Assembly: GCA_964035545.1 (NCBI GenBank)
Contig: OZ037769.1
Location: forward strand, 992,001-1,056,000
DNA length: 64,000 bases
Reading direction: 5' to 3'
Source: Bugula neritina
Taxonomy: Eukaryota; Animalia; Bryozoa
Shown here piece by piece: positions 25,901-37,976 of this stretch. The position numbers and the translations under genes are program-made. Below the pieces are notes generated by a model that saw only the letters and a program-made list of their open reading frames with translations, was not told the origin of the DNA and made no database searches. Position 1 is the first letter of the stretch. Every line of letters begins with the position of its first letter.

Positions 25901-28900
25901 ATACAATACAGTATATTATATATTATACTACATTATACATGTATTACTATGATGCGATATTACATTATATGAGAAAGCACATTATAAAATGTAACATTAC
26001 TTAGAATAAAATAGTTTTAGAAATAATTACATAAGCTGATGAGATGAAGTGATGTCCACAACATTTAAACTGAAATTTTGCAACTTAGTTTTGTTATAAC
26101 AGAGAGATATTATATTATATTAGAATAATATAATACAATATAATATATTAAAATATAATGCTAAACCTGAAGATCCAAGGGAGAGTCAAATATTCTGGTA
26201 GCCATTGTCCTCAGCTCTCTGTCAGAAAGTACTCTGGATGAAAATAGAATAGCAGAGATAAAAATAGAATAGCAGAGATAAAAATAGAGTATCGGAATAG
26301 AAGAAAACTATCAAGAATAAAATGCTAAAAATGAAAGATTATAGAAACTAAACACCCTGTCTACAACAATTATCACAATAGCAAGTTCACCCACACTCTA
26401 CACTCTACAGTATATTGTCTACAGTATATTGCAGGTAAGACCTGACATACCCTGAGTTATCGATATCCATATCGTCTATGAAATCCCGCTCAGTGTTATT
26501 CCTCTTGCTGTCCATGAGGAAGTAGAAGTAGGAAAACGCATACTGCATATCAGCACCGCTTCTGATTTTGTGACTCGAAGTTATCTCCCACTGCGCCTGA
26601 AACCTACACAACACGTGTGTATATACAACACCGTGTCTACCAGATTCAGTGGTATTAGCTAGTAAAGCAACAGCTAGCACACTATTACAACACTACACTA
26701 TTACAACACTACACTATTACAATACCACACTATTACAATACCACACTATTACAACACTACACTATTACTACACCACACTATTACTACACCACACTATTAC
26801 TACACCACACTATTACAATACCACACTATTACAACACTACACTATTACTACACCACACTATTACAATACCACACTATTACAACACCACACTATTGCTACA
26901 TTATAGTATTACAATACCACACTATTACAACACCACACTATTACTACACTATAGTATTACTACACCACACTATTACTATACTACACTATTACTACACCAC
27001 ACTATTACAATACTAAAGTAAAAGTAAAAGTTACATATAATACATACAAGTGAATATTTTGCTACATAAGTGATAGGCACCAAAGTAAGTTGGTAGACAT
27101 ATTGGTGCACACAGATTGCGCGTTGTATTTGATACAGCAGATTATGCTGCCAGTATGACATCACCAGCAGCACTACATATTCATAGCGTACAGAGTAATT
27201 CTGGCATGAATAGTAAGAGTAGGGGAGGGGGTCCTACGTGTGGGATAATTACAGGAACACGCTTCATCATTTTGAAAGGAGTATGACTAAAGTTATTATG
27301 CATCTATTCATTTGCTTAGCACTAGCATAACTGAAATATTAGTCACTGGGAAAACTACCAATGGGGAAAACTTAATCAGTCATCTAGAGTTACTAATTGC
27401 TGAGTTACGTTCGGAAGAAGAAGCCCTATCAATGAACTCATGCTAAGGTACAAACCTTCTATTAGATTTTATAGTTGAAATTCATTTTTACTTTATCCTA
27501 AAACTTAGTTAAGCTAGAGCTTCACTTTAATTCTATTTCTTAATTACAGTATTGGGTTGTGGGGCATTCCCTGAGCCTTCCAATAGTTATGATAGAAACG
27601 TAGTTGTGGTTCTTTATTATTTACATGTTCCTTAAAAGAACTGCACGATGGAGAGTAAGTTTTTGCAAAAATTAACTCAAAAGACACCATGTAGCAGCAT
27701 AAATGATTTCAAGAAATTGAAAAGCTTGGGTTAATTTGCCAGGTGTAATATAAAGTAACATCAACGCTGTTCTACAGATTGCCACTGATTAGTATAAAAT
27801 CATAACAAGGCTTTTGTAATGAACATATAAGACAACACAAGCTATCAATTGTATACAAAAGTTTTAAACAGGCCCCAAAGCCCCTTCCATTGAAGATCGG
27901 GTAACCACAAACATTCAGCTGTACCAGAAGCAAACAAACGGAACTGTTTCATTCATAAACTCAATTAGCCCTGGTAAAGAGTGTTTAGGTTAGACACTAT
28001 TGGATTATTTGTTCTGCGGGGAAGTATTATTACAATGTATAATGTTAATTGCTATTGTCCAACACTCTGTAACATAATTGTGAGATTTGCTGATTGTGTT
28101 TACACGCATTGTTTTCATAAATTAGACAAAGCTTAACCTGACAGATTTATATAATAAGTGAGTATGGGTTGTTTGCACAGCCCTACAACCAGCTGATTAG
28201 CTCCACACCTCACTGTTGAGCCCAGAACATAGAGCTGAGCTGATACAATAAAACATTTAAAAGGTCAATTAAGAAATGAAGCATTATTACTTTGAGCAAA
28301 AATAAAAAAATTATATATAATTAGCAAGTTTGTGTCTGGAGTAAATCTATAAACCTTGTAGCCATTCTATTGGTAGCTGCTATGAAGGAAGGCTTTCACT
28401 ACCCTTGCAGCACTAAACCCTTCAATCAATTAAATAATACTAGGGTGGTGGTGTCATGTGCAATGTTTGTGATTGTATTCTTATTGTGAACTGTTTGGTC
28501 GAACAGCCCATGTTACATGTGATAGGTCAGCATCCGACAGCATACACAACTTCCGATACTCCATTGTTGATATACGATATATCGCACTGACTGTGTAGTT
28601 ACTGAATCAAATATCACTGATACTATAGTAACTGCCACGGGACTATAAATACTATGAGAGTTGGGAAGTTACTCGAATTGCAAACATAGAGCAAACCGTA
28701 TAACATCTACGTTACGTTATGTATAACATTCACTTACATTACGTATAACATTTACTTACGTTACGTATAACATCATTCACTTACGTTACGTAGAGGTCCT
28801 CCATCACTTCCCTGTCTATCATATGAGCAATGTGTCCCGGAACCTTTCTCGACTTGACGCCAAACATCTTATTGTAGAGGTCATTGACGTGATGGAGAGA

Positions 28901-31900
28901 TAGAGCGAATGTATCCAACAGATGGCGCCCATTTCTCGGCTTGTTGAACGCAAACTCTGCCTTTCTCTCTGCTGTATCTCTCTTCTACATGGTAGAAAAG
29001 GAAGGACAACTCTAAAATACTCATAACTTTTCACTCTTCATGTAAACTAGTTGCACACATTAGCATCCCCCCTCACTACACCAACACATTGAAACTGTAT
29101 GTGTGGCAAGGCAGCGTACTGTATAGTTAGACGTAGAAACTCCTCAACTCAAACTAGCAAAGACTATATATTTTTAAAATGAACTTTTGGTTTATCTTCT
29201 TTTCAAATAAATGCTCAGATATGGCAGTTTTCCTCAGCATGTAGAAACATAGAGGTATGTACAGAGTTGTCTCTCCATGTGTTACTTTACCCATCAATTA
29301 CTATATTCATAACACATCAACTAAAAAACATATTATATAAATTACAGATGAAGTTATCATCTCACACCTTAATCAGAGATTTGAAGTGATTCGTATTTTC
29401 CCAAGGTAGAAATCCCAGCTCTTGGTCCTGTATAACAAACTCCTGGATTTTTCTTCCCACATGCACGTCTGCATCTTGTAGGGTTTCTCTTGGCTGAGCC
29501 ACATTCCCTTGTGTTTCTATTGGCCGACCAGCATTCCCTTGTGCTCCTATTGGCTGACCAGCATTCCCTTGTGCTCCTATTGGCTGAGCAGCAATCTCTT
29601 GTGCTTCTATTGGCTGAGCCACATTCCCTTGCACTTCTATTGGCTGAGCAACATTCTCTTGTGCTTCTATTGGCTGAGCAGCATTCTCTTGTGCTCCTAT
29701 TGGCTGATCCACATTCCCTTGCACTTCTATTGGCTGAGCAACATTCTCTTGTGCTTCTATTGGCTGAGCAGCATTCTCTTGTGCTCCTATTGGCTGATCC
29801 ACATTCCCTTGCACTTCTATTGGCTGAGCAACATTCTCTTGTGCTTCTATTGGCTGAGCAGCATTCTCTTGTGCTCCTATTGGCTGATCCACATTCCCTT
29901 GCACTTCTATTGGCTGAGCAGCATTCTCTTGTGCTTCTATTGGCTGAGCAGCATTCTCTTGTGCTCCTATTGGCTGATTTCCTTTCATAGTGACTCTCTG
30001 CATCAGAGCTGCCTTCTTCACTTCGAATCCCTTCGCCGTGAGCTCACCTAAGTACAGTAAGTTAAAACAGGTGAAGTAAGTACAAACAAGTGAAGTAAGT
30101 ACAAACAAGTGAAGTAAGTACAATTATTGTCCCACAACTTCACTGCTTTATTGATATCAATTTTCTATGATTGATTTACAATGTATGGCAGGGAATAGGA
30201 AATGATACATTGTCCAATCAAAATGATGAATCCAAAATAGTAGCCAATCAAGGTTCTTTTACCTGCATCCAATTGGGTCTGTAGTCCGTTCAACTCCTCC
30301 GCAATGTCCGCAGGTAACTCTTCGAGACTGACGCTCATATTCGCAGGTACATTTTGGTGGGTTTTCAGTTTGTGAAGAACTTTGGGCTCCCTAGACGTTT
30401 AAACAGTCATTACACTCAACATTCATCACTCACAAGTCACAAACATCTGTCAGATGGGATTGTATTTTCGCTGACATTCCCGACAGCATTGGTGAGTGAA
30501 AGCTGATAACTTCTAGTAATATTTCAAGTAAAGACAATTTCTTAGATTGTAAACTACCACCCAGAATTGAGTCACATGACAGACTAATTTGTTTTGGGGG
30601 TTTGAACCAAAATCAGATAAAATAAAACATACTTATAATATTTCTAATATAGACATTACTAGTAATATATAATGCTGAAAATAATAATAATATAAACTAA
30701 AAAAGGCAGTGTTGCTATAAAAGCATAGGTTATTCTTGGTTTTAACCATGACATGAAGGGAAGGCAACTCCTAAATTCAAAGACGACTATTTCAGCACTA
30801 GTGTGCTATAATGAAGAGGCCTAGCACTAGTGTGTTATAATGAAGAGGTCTAGCACTAGTGTGATATAATGAAGAGGCCTAGCACTAGTGTTATAATGAA
30901 GAGGTCTAGCACTAGTGTTATAATGAAGAGGTCTAGCACCAGTGTGTTATAATGAAGAGGTCTAGCACTAGTGATATAATGAAGAGGTCTAGCACTAGTG
31001 TGCTATAATGAAGAGGTCTAGCACTAGTGTGCTATAATGAAGAGGTCTAGCACTAGTGTGCTATAATGAAGAGGCCTAGCACTAGTGTGCTATAATGAAG
31101 AGGTCGAGCACTAGTGTGTTATAATGAAGAGGTCTAGCACTAGTGTGTTATAATGAAGAGGTCGAGCACTAGTGTGTTATAATGAAGAGGTCTAGCACTA
31201 GTGTGTTATAATGAAGAGGTCGAGCACTAGTGTGCTATAATGAAGAGGTCTACCTGATGTGGTCAGGGAGGTCACTAAATATAAAGGGAGTTTCCTCAGT
31301 CACTGGAACAGCTTTCCTATCAGCTTCTGACTCAGACTTGTTAACACGTTTAGCCAGTGCTGTGGTGCCACTGTTGGTAGTGATGTTGAATGATAACTGA
31401 AATGTAAGTAATACTGTATTATAGTATAACACTTTATACCGTATTACAGTATGAAAAACTACAATATACAGTTATACAGTATAACACACTTCAATTTATA
31501 CAATAGTACAACTTGATACAATGTTACAGCATAACGAAGTCTTTTAACTTAAATTTCATTTTGTTTGAACCTTTGCATTACTAGAAATAATATTTTAGAC
31601 TGCAAGACTGGATAGAGAACTTAAAAAGACTTAAACCAGGCCGTCTCCCGGGAGGACGCATTTCTATGCCGAGTTGATTCACTCACATGATGCGAATGTT
31701 GACCTTCACCAAAGGTCATGTTCACGGAGAAGGTCGTCTGATTTCTCTTGTCCAGCAAGACAACCGTCAGCACTCGGTACTTGTTGCTGACGGCAGCGAC
31801 TCTTACGGTCGGCTGCCGCTGGTAGACAGCGCGTGACACGCGGTCTTCTGTTATAGAGCTGAAGTTGAGGTACGCCTCAGTTATTCCTACAGCCGGCATA

Positions 31901-34900
31901 AAGAGAAGATAATTTCAATTGTAAGGAGAAAAGAAATATGGTTCTCACAAAAATGTCACTTTATAACATTTTTGATGTTGAGATCTACTTTAGAGCATAC
32001 GTGACTAATAAAGCTTTTAAAATGGAGTCACCACAAGTCTGTAATATCTGACTGATGAAGTATCCATCGAGTTGGAGAGAGATTAGCGATTAGACAGGAT
32101 ATGAACAAAGAGATGACATGCAGAAGACGTCTCACCACATACCTATAGGTATAGAGTAACTGTGGACATCCTTGTACATGGTGATAGAATAGAGTTGGTT
32201 GAAGTTGGCTACTCCGCAATCTCCCGCATCGAACCCACAAGACTTGGAGTTACACGCCTACAGTGTCACAGAAAATATACAGCACACATTAGAGCATCCA
32301 GTAGGTTGTACACAGGTTTATGACCTCAGCGGTTGATCAGTTTCATTGGCTGAGTGTTGGTTGGCTGTGTGTGTGGACAGTTAATAATACTAACAGTAAG
32401 TAATACTCACAGTAAGTGTCACTCACAGTGAGTGATACTAACAGTGAGTGATACTAACAGTGAGTAGTACTCACAGTAAATGACACTAGGAGTAAATAAC
32501 ACTCACCTGGTCACAGTATTTATCGGCTATCCAAGCATTGGAGCATCCCGGGGAGCACATGACTAAACAAATAAAATACATTTGGAAATAAATGTAATTT
32601 AAATGCCTTTTATAACTCAGCACTGATTCGTGTAAGTAATAGAAAATATTTATTTATGACCCCGCTCACCCATTTCAGCTTCTGATTGGCCGTTCCATTG
32701 GTTCATCCACTGATTACCTCCCTGGAAGGCGGGAGCACCACCTGTGAAATATAACACAATACTACACAGTATAACGTACACCACCTGTGAAATATAACAC
32801 AATACTACACAGTGTAACGTACACTACCTGTGAAATATAACACAATACTACACAGTGTGACCTACACTACCAAGAGGTAAACAACACGTTTCAGCAGGTA
32901 AAAGTCCCAATCTGAAAATACTTGAGTAGAATTACCTGCACAGTCCCCAGCGTCGTAGCCACACTCACTGACGTTACACGCTTTGTCGCAGTAGCCATCT
33001 TTGATCCACGACGACGGACAGCCAGGTGCACAGTCCGGAATGTTCCACGACAGGTAAACCTACAAGATACACTTGTTAGTCATCCAATATGGCCGAACTT
33101 GAGTTTGAGTGCTTCATACAGCCAAAAGTATTATAGCTGAGAGTACAACATAGCTGAATACCACCGAGTAAACAGTTAGTAAAAAACTAGTAGCCAACTG
33201 GTAAACTCACCTTCTGCCCTTTGCTGTGAGTGTAGAAGTCATCCGGCCACACCTGGTCATTGAACATGACATCATCGTTCAGGTAGAGGAACTTCTGGGA
33301 GAGACCGGGGATGCGGTGTAAGTGACTCTCTATGGCGGGAGAACTGAAAGTCGGGAGGTGAGATTTGTTGACAAATATGTCCTGTAAATATGTTAAGCAG
33401 TCAGCAATTGGATAGAAATATTGTAACTAACAGAGTGGAGGAGTAACCCCCCCCCCCAGTCAGTAAGAATAAGAGAACTGTCTAGATGCCCACCTCATGA
33501 GTAATGACTGTCACCCTAGGGTTGTCCAGATTCAGCCAGTACGGGATCTGTCCATTAGTGACTATATAGATGTGCCGCACCCAAGGGGCATACTGCTCTA
33601 AAGACCTCAGGCTATACCTCAACTCCTCATTGTCTTCAAATCTACTAGCAGAGAGGTCCATTTCTCTACCTCCACTCTACAAGAGTCACACATGCGTGCA
33701 CTAACACAGACTGCTACTTACTAGATATAGGTCCCAGATACTATACAGGATACTGTGTATTACTACACAGTATATTACACACAGTATATTACACACAGTA
33801 TATTACATACAGTATATTACTACACCGTATATTACTACACCGTATAGTACTATACAGTATATTACTATACTGTATATTACTATACTGTATATTACTACAC
33901 AGTATATTACTACACAGTATATTACTATACAGTATATTACTATACAGTATATAACTATACTGTATATTACTATATGGTACATTACTCACATATGTTAAAT
34001 CATACACCAGATTCGCTCTGTTGAACTGAAGGTAACGCCCACCAACTGTGAAGTTATACTCGAACCCGAGCAGAGCATCTGCCTCGCTGCTAGTAGACGT
34101 CTTGAATATACCTATTTTACCTGCCATTTCTACCTGCAAATCAAATATTGTATGCTGTATAAGCCATGAATATGCCTATTTTACCTGCCATTTCTACCTG
34201 CATGCTGTATAGAATACCTTACAGTGAACTAAACAATGTAAAACAAACACAACAAGTCCAATTGAAAGTAAGAACAAAGCACAAGCAGCTGTACAATAAA
34301 AAAGGTGTACACTGGATGTAAAGACCTATTCACAGGGTATGAGCATTGAACAATACTAAACTATTGTTTTAAAAGAACATTCTCTAAAAGTATCATAGAT
34401 AGATGAGCCATAGATGGTCAAATTGTCTTACTAATCATACTTATTCATAGTAATGCTAATGCTATGTTTTGTAGCTCCTGCAGTAGTACACATCACACAT
34501 TATTATACACCATGGCATTGCAAGCATATCTTCGTATAGTCTTACGTCAAATACGTGAGACGCGACGTGTGCGGGGATCAGCTTTAGCACTTCTTCAGAC
34601 GAGTAATCCTTCTTGAATCCCGACACCAGAACCACATTGTGCTGCAGCTTCGACTTGGGTATCGTAACATCTGAGGTCTGTAACAGGAAATGACTGCGAC
34701 TGTAATAAACCAATCAAAGTGTTCATACGCCGAATGGCTTTCAGACTACGAGAGAACTTACGTAGTAGGCTTGCAGAGGCTTGTATTTCCTGTCTTTGAT
34801 TGTCAGCGTGAGATTCGTAGCTTTTTGCACTGTAAGAGAAATATGTTAAGGCAAAATAAGTGAGTGCTTGGACAGATATGTACTATATAAAAATACCGCC

Positions 34901-37305
34901 ATACATATACATACTGTTAAATAGAAGAGCCAACGAGGGCCTTTGTTACATATGTTGAGATCAATGGAGTCTAGTAGGAATTGTCTTACCACACTGAATG
35001 TATAACAGAAAACAATTTAAGTTATCTCAAATTATTGTCACTAGAACAAATGATTGCAAGATATATTTAAACAATGCTGAGTGAATAAAACCGTTGATAT
35101 ATAAACAAAATAAAGATATATTTTTATGTTTCCTATTTAAAGAACACTCCAATTTTATATCATTTTATTATATTATTTTTTAGATTACTTTATTTTTATT
35201 ATTAGAGTGTGTCTTAAGAGAAATCGATGTAACGGACTCACCATTTTCAAGGCTAAGAAACGTGGCTAGAGTGAAATTCGCCCTCAAGTCATCTGACTGG
35301 AGAGACTCAAACTTGACTAGAGATCTGTAGACACTCGACTCATCTTCCAGCTGCTTCCTGGTGACATGAGACGGCAGCACCACCGGAAACGCTGCCTGCG
35401 GTATCTTAACGCAGTTGGCGTACGGACACTTCAAGATTGAACTGAAATAAGGAGAAAACTGCAACAGTTACTATGGTAACCGCTTAGCATAAAAACTGTC
35501 AATAATTTGACCAAAAAATTTAAAATCACAAAGAATTTAGAATACTTATATTTAGAATTACGATAAATTATATGATTAGTTAAACCCCTTACCTATCGGC
35601 TTCCTTGTGTTTTGTAGAGCTGCAATAGAAAAATAAAAATAAATTAAAAACCCAGGAAATTTTTGACTAAATAACAAAACCATTGAGAAAGTGAAATCAG
35701 TACTTGGCCTTAGCAGCTTCCTCCAACTCTGCCTTGGCCTGACGCAGTTCGTACAGCAAGTCCGGGTCGGTACCATTGACCCACGTATAAACTACATCAA
35801 TGGGCACAGGGAGACACAGCCTAAAATAGTTGAGAAATAAACTACAAAACGTTGTGCAAATATACAGATGAGTGACTAGATACGAATTATCACAATGTTG
35901 TATCAATTCATAAGCAGTTATTCCCCTATCATGCAGGGAGAGAGAGAACACAGCTGCATATTACGTTAATCTAGCCACAATAACATAGAATATAGCGTAG
36001 TCGGTATGAATATTATAAACTAAGAGAGACCAACACCCTAACTCTCCTACATATTTATGTGGGGGCTAGGGCTAACATATTACACCAACCCCCCTCCTCC
36101 ACACTCTACCTAAGGCTACAATAGACGGTTAATTGGTAAAGGTGTAAACACTAACCTTGTCCTGTAAGACTTTCCTAGCAGATTGTCACTAAATGAATTG
36201 AATACAGCAGCATACTTCTCACTACTCCATTCAACAATTGCCTGAAAATAGTTAAGGATTACCAAATAATATTAAGCTCACTGCAACGTATCTCTTGACT
36301 ATCATAAAATACTTGGTATATATTGCACTACTGTCACCACTAGTAGTAGTAACAGCACTACTAGTAATGCTAATAATAACATTTTCTAGAGATAAGATCT
36401 CTTTTACGTTAGCAATTTTTGTTATTTGCTTCATCAGTATGAGTATCAGTCATAGTCGTTAACATTGCAACATTAGCTAACAAGAATATTCATTCTGATA
36501 TTCATATTATAACCGTATATCCCAACAATTAAACATAAGGTCGATCATGTTACTATTAGTACATTACTCCAAGTTACTTTGACTGTCGGCAAGATATTTA
36601 TATTTGGAGGCTAGCGTGATACTAAGTCTGATCCATTAAAAGAGTTGCTGCAGTGACACATTCACATCATGAACTCATTAGACCAAGACCCGTGGGTGTC
36701 AATAGTTTAGATTGAAGTCATAAGCCTAAAACTATGTAGTTAAACGTTAAATATAATCTAATTAAAAGAGTGCTAATACTCAGTCCTATTCATATTGATA
36801 TTCATATTTACTGGGAACAATGTACGTACCTATTACTTCTATTATTGAATTGAAGATGCTGCTGCTACTACTAGTACTAGTACTTAATGTGATACTTAGT
36901 TTAAAGTTACAGTATGAGTACTAGTATATTAAAAGTATTACAAATACTACTACTATTACTATTAGTACTAGTATCAATAATTATCTATAACCATCAGTAT
37001 GAGTATCGGTATGAGTATGACAGTATCAGTATGAGTATGAGAATCATATTCGGTGATATTGATCTTATAGGCATACGCTTACGGCTACATCTACTTCCTT
37101 TTAGTCATTATACTTAATACATTGATAATTATAAGTTTTAGTGTAACTTAGTAACTCAGTTTTTGTTAGAAAACTTCAACTTATAACTTACCTCACCAAA
37201 ATAAAATGCAGAAGAGAAGAGTAAAACAGAGCAAACAAAAACTGTTAATAGCCCATTTTTCGAAGAAAGAGTGTCGTATATCTTTCTCTGAAGAAGTTTA
37301 TACAT
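19992..37305 (-). CDS. GNPTAB: N-acetylglucosamine-1-phosphotransferase alpha/beta precursor, ~27 exons
   Basis: N-terminus [14 protein letters not shown]...AFYFGE; Stealth motifs [40 protein letters not shown] and KFMCLNDN; Cys-rich Notch/LNR exons; DMAP1-binding motif GELTAKGF; S1P site RHLL|DTF; EF-hand DIDNSGVLSDRE; C-terminal RNRFLH plus a TM helix. Confidence 0.96.
20150..20276. repeat. (CTCA)n microsatellite, ~31 units, in the last GNPTAB intron
   Basis: Direct; reads (TGAG)n on the transcribed strand. Confidence 0.97.
23135..23550. repeat. CACAGTAATATAGTAATATA-type satellite filling a GNPTAB intron
   Basis: Tandem variable units. Confidence 0.95.
25512..25877. repeat. 52-bp minisatellite (~7 copies) abutting a GNPTAB acceptor
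   Basis: ATACAGTAATATAGTAGAATACTGTATTACAATATGATTATATTATGGTGTT. Confidence 0.95.
26678..27012. repeat. 16-bp minisatellite (ACACTATTACAACACC-type)
   Basis: Tandem array in a GNPTAB intron. Confidence 0.95.
29490..29980 (-). repeat. Coding 30-bp minisatellite in GNPTAB ([10 protein letters not shown] x ~17, with a 90-bp higher-order unit)
   Basis: Open frame joins the conserved GELTAKGF and GRKIQE...GFLPWE motifs within one exon (~30047-29368). Confidence 0.9.
30795..31251. repeat. 29-bp minisatellite (~16 copies) beginning at a GNPTAB donor
   Basis: Tandem TAGCACTAGTGTGTTATAATGAAGAGGTC. Confidence 0.96.
32737..32870 (-). repeat. 43-bp repeat (3 copies) duplicating the GNPTAB acceptor TTTCACAG|GT
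   Basis: Acceptor-like AG at 32742, 32785 and 32828. Confidence 0.92.
33755..33975. repeat. 15-bp satellite (TATTACTATACAGTA-type)
   Basis: Tandem array in a GNPTAB intron. Confidence 0.93.
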
Positions 37306-37976
37306 AGTTATTTAATAACTAAATAGTAAATTTCACAAGCACTAAACTACAGTATTTGTAAAACAACAAATGTAATCAGTAATGGCAATCTACAATTGCC
37401 ACCAAGTTATTTTAAAAATGACAATTTGGCCCAAAAGCGTCCTTGAACCTTAGCAATGGATAATTTATGCGGGCATACAAAACAGAACTCACAAAATATT
37501 ATGTTCAGAAATGCGATAATTCCAAACGCCGAGTTCACAAGCTACGTGTAATATGGTTACCAATGTTTGTTGTGTACTATAATGAAAATTATTATGATAC
37601 ATAATTGTTTTATTTAAATGATCTTTCATTTAATAAAACAACCCACAGTTAATAAACCAATTATTATATTTTTTGAAAATCAAGCATCATAGTATAATCA
37701 GAGGTAGAAGATGTAAAAAAATATTGCTATTGATGTAGCTTACAAAGCAATTCGATTCGATTGAGGGTAGAATAAATATAACACTTACATAAAAGATGAA
37801 TTGATAAATAATTTTTGACTAATCAAAAATAATATATAAAAAAATTAATAAATGTTTATATTATGTTTTTGAAAATATCTCTAAAGTAGAGAATAAAACT
37901 TGACAGCATAAATCAAAATGTTCGGTAAATTTTCTTCCTGCAAGTCCTATTTAATATTCTACAGTAAAGACAAGAG

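Noticed and set aside
27200-28650. Possible transposon remnant in a long GNPTAB intron
   Set aside because: No ORF, terminal repeats or second copy recognisable without a repeat library
29490-30051. Plus-strand Leu-rich and Cys/Trp-rich repeat ORFs
   Set aside because: Antisense shadows of the GNPTAB coding minisatellite
30795-31251. Regularly spaced ~29-bp repeats resembling a CRISPR array
   Set aside because: Head-to-tail units with no unique spacers, no cas genes, and a eukaryotic intron context
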